Below, piece by piece: positions 56,846 through 64,000 of a stretch of 64,000 nt of DNA. Every line of letters starts with the position of its first letter. The first letter of the stretch is position 1. The notes under the pieces are model-generated. The model did not search any database. It was not told where the DNA came from and saw nothing but the letters and a program-made list of their open reading frames with translations. The stretch lies in NCBI RefSeq assembly GCF_009914755.1, contig NC_060947.1. One strand, 5' to 3'. Both the position numbers and the translations under genes were made by a program. The stretch is from the human T2T-CHM13v2.0 reference genome, Homo sapiens.

Positions 56846-56898
56846 GTTGTGAAGTGCTCAGTGGTTGTGAAGTGCTCAGTGGTTGTGAAGTGCTCAGT
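56846..56898 (+). repeat. 18-bp tandem repeat x3 (GTTGTGAAGTGCTCAGTG)
   Basis: Copies at 56846, 56864 and 56882 (last copy 17 bp). Confidence 0.95.
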
Positions 56899-58143
56899 TA
56901 CCCTGGTAAGGGTGGAGGCTGGAAATGTTCTGTCTTGAGCCAGGAGAGTTGAAATCCGCCTGGGGTAGCCCATCATAGGGGCTCATGGGAGTGACCTAAT
57001 TGCTCTCTCGGGTCTCTAACCAGAGATAGCATGCAGCTCCACAGCTGGAAAGGAGCCCTCCTGCAGAGTTGGGGGTGCTGGAAGAAACACGATCTGTCTG
57101 TGCTTCCCCCTTTTTGTGCTCAGAGACTTTAGTGCTCTGGACTGGCTTACAGGTTTTGGGGGGTGGTATCCTCTCTGACCCCCCTCCTCATCTACCTCAA
57201 GCTGAGGGCAGGCATTGTGGGGTGAGGATGGGGGGTGGCTGAAGACTCTCTAGAAACTGTCCGAATTCCATTCTGTAATTGGGTAGATCCTGGGAAGGAT
57301 CAGAGACTGATCCTGGTGCACCCTCCTTCCATCCAGGCTCAGGGGTCTGGAATGCAGCCACTGTCTACATGTGTTGGCTCGGGGTGGTGGGGGCAAATGG
57401 ACAGGAAGGAGGCACTGCCCTCAGCTCTCCTTGAGCTTTGGGGGCTGCTTCTGCCACCGCGCCCAACCCTCAGGCTGCCACAGCCTTTCAAATAAACAGT
57501 CCCTCTCTGTCTCCCTCCCTCTCTGCCTCCTGCCCGAGTTCTCCTCTCAGGCCCGTGTCAGTTCGCCCTCTCATACCCTCCGCGAGCAGCGCTCACTTCC
57601 CCTCTCCAGCTAGGCTCGCCTGCTCTGCCTTGCTCTCACACTCCCTCTCACTCTTAGTCACTCTCTGCCTCTTTTTCTCAAGTCCTTTTGTTTCTCGCAC
57701 ATGCCCGTGCTCTCCCTCTCAGGCTCATTTTCTCTCTTCCTTCCCCTCTTCCTCTCCTGGCTTTTGGTCTCTCTCCTCAGCCCTGTCAGAAGCTGGCAAC
57801 CCCCCTCCCAAAAAAGAAAATCTCCCAGTGCCTATAAACCCTGCTTAATTGCTTCCTTCTTGGGAAAAAAAAAATCAAAATAAAAGAAGTGGTGGGGCTG
57901 GGGGTCCGCTTCCAGGTTCCAAGGTGCGTGCGGCCCGGCCCCAGCCCTGACTGAGAGGGGAAGCGGGAATGGCTGGCCCAAGACTCCCAAGCCTCTTTCC
58001 CAAATTGGTGCTGGGGCCTTCTGGGATGCTAGTCCCTGAGTGGCAGGAGCTTCTGCCTCCTTGGCCCCTCCTGTCAGATTTGCCCCATGAGCGCAAGGTG
58101 GGGGGATGGGTTTGGTCCTGCTAGAGTTTTTTTTAGGAACCTC

Positions 58144-58145
58144 TG

Positions 58146-58186
<41 letters not shown>
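58144..58186. repeat. (TG)n microsatellite in EFNB1 intron 1
   Basis: Read directly from the sequence. Confidence 0.95.
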
Positions 58187-58187
<1 letters not shown>

Positions 58188-61100
58188 TGAGTTGGGGGGC
58201 TGTTATCTAAATGGTCCTAGGCGACCCCTCCCGCAGCCTCTTCCCCTGGGAACTTGGGGCAGCCGGCAGGCCTCACACTTGAGTCCTCAGCCAAGTCCAG
58301 CTGCTGCAGTTCAGTCTCTCAGTCCCGTCCTGACCCCTTCCTGCCCCCCACTCAGGTTCCCCCACCTCCAGGGAGTCAGAATGTGCCTGAGATCACATTA
58401 CAAACATTCCCTACAAGGGGGTGGGGGTGGGGGGGTTCAGCTTGGCATCCAGGACCCTTGACTCCAGCATGGGTGGGGGCAGCTGCAGACCCCAACCCAT
58501 GCTTGCCTGCTCCAAGCCAAAGTGTTGGCCCCAGCCCCACACAGCTGTTCTAGCTCACAGTCCTGGGGAGGCCAGCTCAGGGGGCCCTTTTCCGGGGTGG
58601 TTAGGGACCTGACCTCTTCTACTCTGTGGCTGATTGGCCACAGGTGGGAGCCTGAGAGTGATGGGAATCCAGCAGCTCCTAAAGTCCCCTGTTCCCCTGC
58701 CTCCCCTCTCCCACATAGGGCAGCCAGGCAAGGGCAAGAAGGACCTGTGAGGCTGGGGTGGGGACTGAATCAAGGGTTCCCTTTCTTCCCTTGGGCTCTC
58801 TGTTGTCTCATCCGCTCAGGTGAATGGGGATGCGTGGGCCCTGGATACTATGGTGCATCACTGTTTTCTGGGGTTAGGGACTAAAGGAGATAGAGTGGGC
58901 CAGCCAGGAGGCTGCTAGTTGCCATGGGAACACCAGGTTTGGGGGAGAGTCCACTCTGTGACTATTAGAGGAGCTGAGATACGGGGGTGCTCACCAGCCA
59001 CATTCTGGGTTCCTTACCCCGCAGACCATAGCAGCCCCTCTTGGGCGTGTTTCACGATCATTGTTTTGGGTCAGGGTGCTAGCAGCCAGGAATGTAAGCT
59101 CCTTCAGCTTTTTACTTCTAAATAATGCTGTGTTTGGCATGCTAACTAATAGGCAGGCGGCACCTTGCTACTTACAATGCATTCTCATATATGATCTCAT
59201 CGAATGCTCCCAACAACCCTGGGAAGTAGGTATTGGTCCCATTTTCCAGATAAGAAGGCATATGCCCGGACAAGGGAAGTGACTTGTCTAAGGCCAGTCA
59301 ATGACTTGCCTATGGGGGCAGAGCTGTGTTGTGTGCCATTCATTCCTGCTGCCTTGAAATGTAGGAGAGACAGGAATTCAAGGTGGGGTTTGGGAAGAGG
59401 CCCTGGCTCCCTGCCCCTGAGTTCCCCTCTTACCTCGCAGGTGTGCAAGCATCTGTCCCTGTGACTCAGGCCCTGTCTGTGTGGGGTGAGCAGTGCTCCA
59501 ACTTCCTCATTTGACTTTTCTAGGCCTACCTTCCAGGGCTGACTGCTTGGGTGACCTGAACTAAAGGCAGCCAACTCACTGCCTGGCACACTCCCTGCGG
59601 AGCTCTGAGTGGCACCTTTGGTTCCTCTCTGAGCTAAGAATCTCTCTTCTCAGGGACCCCACAGAAAGCAGACATCGACATCGAGGAGGGGGGGTATTAA
59701 ATTCATAATGGACACGAGCCTTAGCCAGGTGGGGCAGAGGGAAGGGCATAGTTCAGTGTAGATGGGGAGGGTGACTTCCTCCAGGACTCTCCTGGCTTCC
59801 CTGCCTCTGACAGAGCTGTGTGTGCCAGGACCCAGCTGCTGTTCCTGCCCACCCACGCCTGGGCGGGCACTGCTGGGACATGCCAGGCCTGCTCCTGCCA
59901 GCCTCGGGGGCTGGGTGGAGCTGGGGGAGTTAAAGAGGAGCCTTTAATTTGGGGGCTCCCCACCCTAGCTGGGATGAGAACAGACTTGAGCTCTGGCTTG
60001 GGGTCTGTCCTCCATTGGTCTTGCCACCCTGGGAGGTGCAGGTGCAGTGGTCGTGGGGTCACTGAATCGAGGTTGAGGCTAGAGGCTTCTACCAGACTTG
60101 GGCTTGCATGGCCTAGAACCAGGCTCCCCCTTTGGTCATTCTCTGACCACAAGTTGCTAGAGCCTGAGAGCAGGGTGACAGGGAAAGAAGTATAGACCTG
60201 GTGGGATGTGGGCAGCTTTCTGGGCAAGACCCTCCTAGCTGCAAGCTCTCCCTGCCCCCTGTAAATTGTATTCACATGGGTGGAGAAGGGCTTATCCGGA
60301 GAAAACAAGGAGGGGGCTGTTGGTTAGTTGGTTTCTGGCCAGTCCAGGGCCTTGGAGGCTACTGTCCCCAACCCCTTCAGGCTTTTCATATCCCAGGATT
60401 CTTTGTGGCAGTGATGGCATCGTGGTGCTTCTAAGCTAGGTAGAAAGGCTGAAGGTAGAACTTGGGTTAGGGTAGAGGGGGAAGAGCTGGAATAGCTTAG
60501 GCCGCCTCCCCCAAGTCCTTTTACTCCCTGGGGTGGCGCCCTGGGGTCCCAGGGCTATCTGAGGCTGGAGAGGGAAGGCCTCAGGGGTTACCATGGTGAC
60601 CTGCTTCAGGCTTCCTGCTGAGCCATGTCAATCCCTTTATTTTTCAGAAAAGGGCTTTGTCTGGGGGTGGCCCCAGACAGAAAAGCTTGGCTTGGTCCTA
60701 GGGTGGGGGGAAGTAAGGTGGAGGATAAAGAGTTTCACTTCGGGATATCTCTTCCTCCTCTTCCCTTACTCCTACTCCTAATCTGGTAAGAGGGGAGAAC
60801 TGTAGGGTCCCCCTTTAAAGTATGACTAGTGTTCTACCTAGCTTTGGCCTTCACTCTCACTGGCTATACACCCATCCCTTATGGCCCGTTACCACTCTCT
60901 TGAGCTTCTGACAGGTCAAGACGAGGTTTGCCCAGTGGTCGGGAAGATGCTAAGGTTACCAGTATGGGGGATCAGGGTCAGGGAAGGCGGGTCTCATCAG
61001 GCTCCGCTCCCTTCTGCACTTCAGGGGAAGGTGAGTTTCCCTCTGCCAGCTGCCATGCAAATGAACTAATGAATATTTATGAAGTCTGTTCACTGAGGTT

Positions 61101-63462
61101 GAAGAGACTCTGAGGGGTTTTGGGGGCAATAGTTCTCTCTTCTCCCCCCTCCTCCATCATGTAGACATCTGTTTCCTCAATGCCTCTGGCTTCAAGGTAG
61201 AACCCCAATTAGCTAGAAGCCCTGTTCCAATTCCAGGGCTCTGGAACCTGGGTGGCAATGGGAGACTGCACTTGGGGTAGACAGGACTCCCTGGTGAGTA
61301 AGCCAGAACCGAGTGGTTAGAAAGCTGAGCTGGCCTGTCTCCCTTTCCGTGCCCTCTATGTAGCTGCATATATATGTGTTGTTAAGATGCAACAGTACAA
61401 GGATTCAGGTAATGTTTTAGGGCCTCTTAGACCCATCGGGTTATTGTCCTGGGTAGGTTTAGACCCCTCTTTTCAATGGGAACATTCATCTGATCATTCA
61501 TTCCCTCACATGAAGGGCCTGGACTCTAAGGTTCCTGCTGGCTCTAAGATGTGAGCAGTTGTCTAATCCTGCCATCTGGATGGAACCGTTGTGAGCACTG
61601 GAAAGGGAAAAAATGCCTGGAGAATTCTAGAGGCTTTGGGGAAACTTGTTGGCTTTGTATGGTGCATGGGACAGGGGTATTCCATCTGAAATGTTTATCC
61701 AGGCTTCCATCCCATGCCTACTTCCTTTCTGGGCCCTCTATAGTTAGGTACCAGTGGGGAGGCCATCTCATTCTGGCTTTTACCCTCCTGCACATCAAGA
61801 TGGCAGCTCCCAATTTGGTGGAGCCTCACTCGACATGGAGGAAAGGCTGCTTTTCTTCGTCCACTTCATCCATGTGGTCAGTTTCCCTCTTCGCCTACTT
61901 GGGTATCATTTCCCTCCCTCAGATGAGGACACAGGTTTGGCATTGCAAAGGCATTTGCCCAGAGTTCCCAGTAGGCCGGTATTGCTTGTAGTACCTTTGG
62001 TGTAATGGGCCCTCAGGAAATGGAACCACTCTTTTCTCAGATGATTGTGGTAGCCTGTGAACTGGTGCATGACACTGTCAGCTTCATTCTCTTTAAGCAC
62101 TGCCTGAAGCCTTCCATTGTCCTTCCTGCTCTGAGAGCCTGTCTCCAATGGGATGAAACCCACCCTGCTTGCTGTGACCCTTGAAGCCTTTCAGTCTGGC
62201 CCCAGGTGAACTTTTCACCTCTTCTTCTGTTTCTCTCTTCTCACTCCCAGCCAAGCTGGACCAATCACTGGCCTGGGCTTTGTGTTGTAGCCACTGCTGT
62301 CTACTGTCTCAGTGTGTTGACTTCTTATTCCTCACCTAAGACCCACTTTCATCCTGCCTTTCCTGTGGATACATCTCTGACCATCCTGGTCAGATGAGCT
62401 ATCTCTTTCTTCTCCCTGCCTCCAGCCCTTGCTGCTTGAATCATCATCCTCACACATACCTACAGATAGCCTGGTGTTGTCTATCACTCGAGTATGGGTT
62501 ATTTACTTTTCTGACCCAAACTGGACAGTAAAGTCCTTGACGATGGAGCCATATCTTCTCTTCCTGTTTCCCCTCCAAAATATGAGAGTGAGCTCATAGG
62601 TACTTAGTGTTAGTATCTGACCTCCTGCCTCTTGGGAGACTGCTTCTAAGAGGCAGTCAAACATGTTGAACGCCTATTGTGTGCTAGGTGTTCTCCATGT
62701 GCTGCCTTGTCTCCCCACCACAATATTGGAAGGTAGGGGCTCTTGCCACCCCCACTTTACAAGAGAAGAAACTGAAGCTCAGAACAGGCAGCTCATCCAA
62801 GGTCACAGAGTTAGTAAGGGCCTAGCTTTGGAATCTGATTCTAAAGTCTGTGTTCTTTCTCCTACATGGTTCTGCCTTGCTCTCAGCACCAGCCCATCCA
62901 GTCTCAGAAATGGCCAATGGAGCACCATTTTCTTTCTGTGTGCTTAGGCAAGGACAGAGTCCTATGGATAGGTGGTCCTGGGCTGCTGACCCTCCCTGCT
63001 GTCCCCCAGTGCCTGGCCTTCTGGATTAGAATATGAACCTGGCTCAAAAGGCATTTGTCCATCTCCTCTCAGGAGCTGGAGTAGGAGCAACATAGAGGTG
63101 ACAGGTTAGGATACAGATGAGGCCCTATCTTCTATGATCTGTTGTCTCTGGTTGAGCCCCTTCTCTTCTCCTCTGTTCTTTTTAAGAATGAGATGAATCA
63201 AGTTTAGGAATTCAGGCTCTTGCATTTTGAGGGTGGGATGAATTGCCAGTAGGACAATAGGCAGTGGGAGTGAGCAGAGCTGCACCTGGCCAGAGACTGT
63301 GGCCATCATCCCTTTGCTCCAGGCGATGCCTGTTCCTATCTTTCCATCATGACCAAGATTAGTAAGGATGGGGGAGAAGACATGGGTCCCAGACAGATTG
63401 AGCTCCCCCAGCCTTTGGCTGGGAGCTGCGGGGAGTGGTGACTAAGACATGTGTGGGCTTGC

Positions 63463-63471
63463 TGTGTGTGT

Positions 63472-63530
<59 letters not shown>

Positions 63531-63546
63531 CGCGCACGTGTGTATG
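63463..63546. repeat. (TG)n(CG)n alternating purine-pyrimidine tract
   Basis: 84 bp of uninterrupted alternation including (CG)7. Confidence 0.93.
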
Positions 63547-63963
63547 GGTATAGGAGAGGTAGTAGCAGCGGTCATGAAGGAATCTTTGTTGGGGGTGGGG
63601 GTATATAAGACTGCCACCTCCAGGTAGCATGGGCCTGACACCTTGGTACCCAGCCCATTGGCCACGTCAGCCCCCTGCGGAAATGCCACATTAGGACAAA
63701 GGGCTCCCCCAGCCAGGCAGTGCTCCACCCTGCCGAGCAGTCAGAGCCTGGCAGCCTTGCCCATGGGCCACCCCTTCCACACTCTCCTGGTAGTGTGGTT
63801 CTCTCTCCCCACCCCCAGCCTGAGGATGGAGGAAGGGCAGAAGGCTTGCTCTTGCCATCTCCACCCAGTAGGCCCAGCCCGGCTCTTGTCCGCTTCCCTG
63901 GTTCTGGAATGGCCTGGGGCCACCCCCAACCCTGAGGCTGACCATCTTCTTCCTTCTGGGCAG

Positions 63964-64000
63964 GTTCCTGAGTGGGAAGGGCTTGGTGATCTATCCGAAA
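63964..64000 (+). CDS. EFNB1: Ephrin-B1 coding exon 2 (partial, runs off the window)
   Basis: Pyrimidine tract plus CAG acceptor at 63961-63963. The first G completes Lys43 (AA|G), then FLSGKGLVIYPK, the known continuation of ephrin-B1. Candidate branch point ggctgac at ~63936-63942. Confidence 0.96.

Noticed and set aside
56846-56898. CRISPR-like repeat array
   Set aside because: Head-to-tail repeats without spacers, in mammalian DNA with no cas genes.
63666-63682. Possible CTCF site (reverse strand TCCGCAGGGGGCTG)
   Set aside because: Several mismatches to the core consensus; cannot be supported without a PWM scan or ChIP data.

Overview
Primate (human-like) genomic DNA: the 5' part of the X-linked EFNB1 (ephrin-B1) locus plus ~54 kb of upstream, retroelement-dense sequence. 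EFNB1 is on the + strand, with a CpG-island promoter (GC and CCAAT boxes), a long GC-rich 5' UTR carrying upstream ORFs, coding exon 1 at 55118-55245, an 8.7-kb intron 1, and the start of exon 2 at 63964. The upstream region holds a processed SERBP1 pseudogene, several L1s, Alus, ERV1/ERVL/MaLR LTRs, MIR/L2 remnants and microsatellites. Nearly all ORF-track entries are decayed L1/Alu/LTR frames or GC-rich noise. I see no new protein-coding system. The unusual signals are in retroelement architecture: (1) two inverted old ERV1 LTRs sharing a 128-bp perfectly identical core (apparent gene conversion or inversion substrate) next to a 34-bp perfect palindrome; (2) a full-length L1 whose 5' UTR is precisely spliced (SpIRE-type); (3) an L1PB insertion carrying a ~0.6-kb 3' transduction inside a split Alu; (4) an orphan polyadenylated Alu+L1M chimeric retro-insertion nested in the SERBP1 pseudogene, which is itself nested in a twin-primed L1. 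Repeat subfamily names come from recalled consensus sequences, not from a database search.
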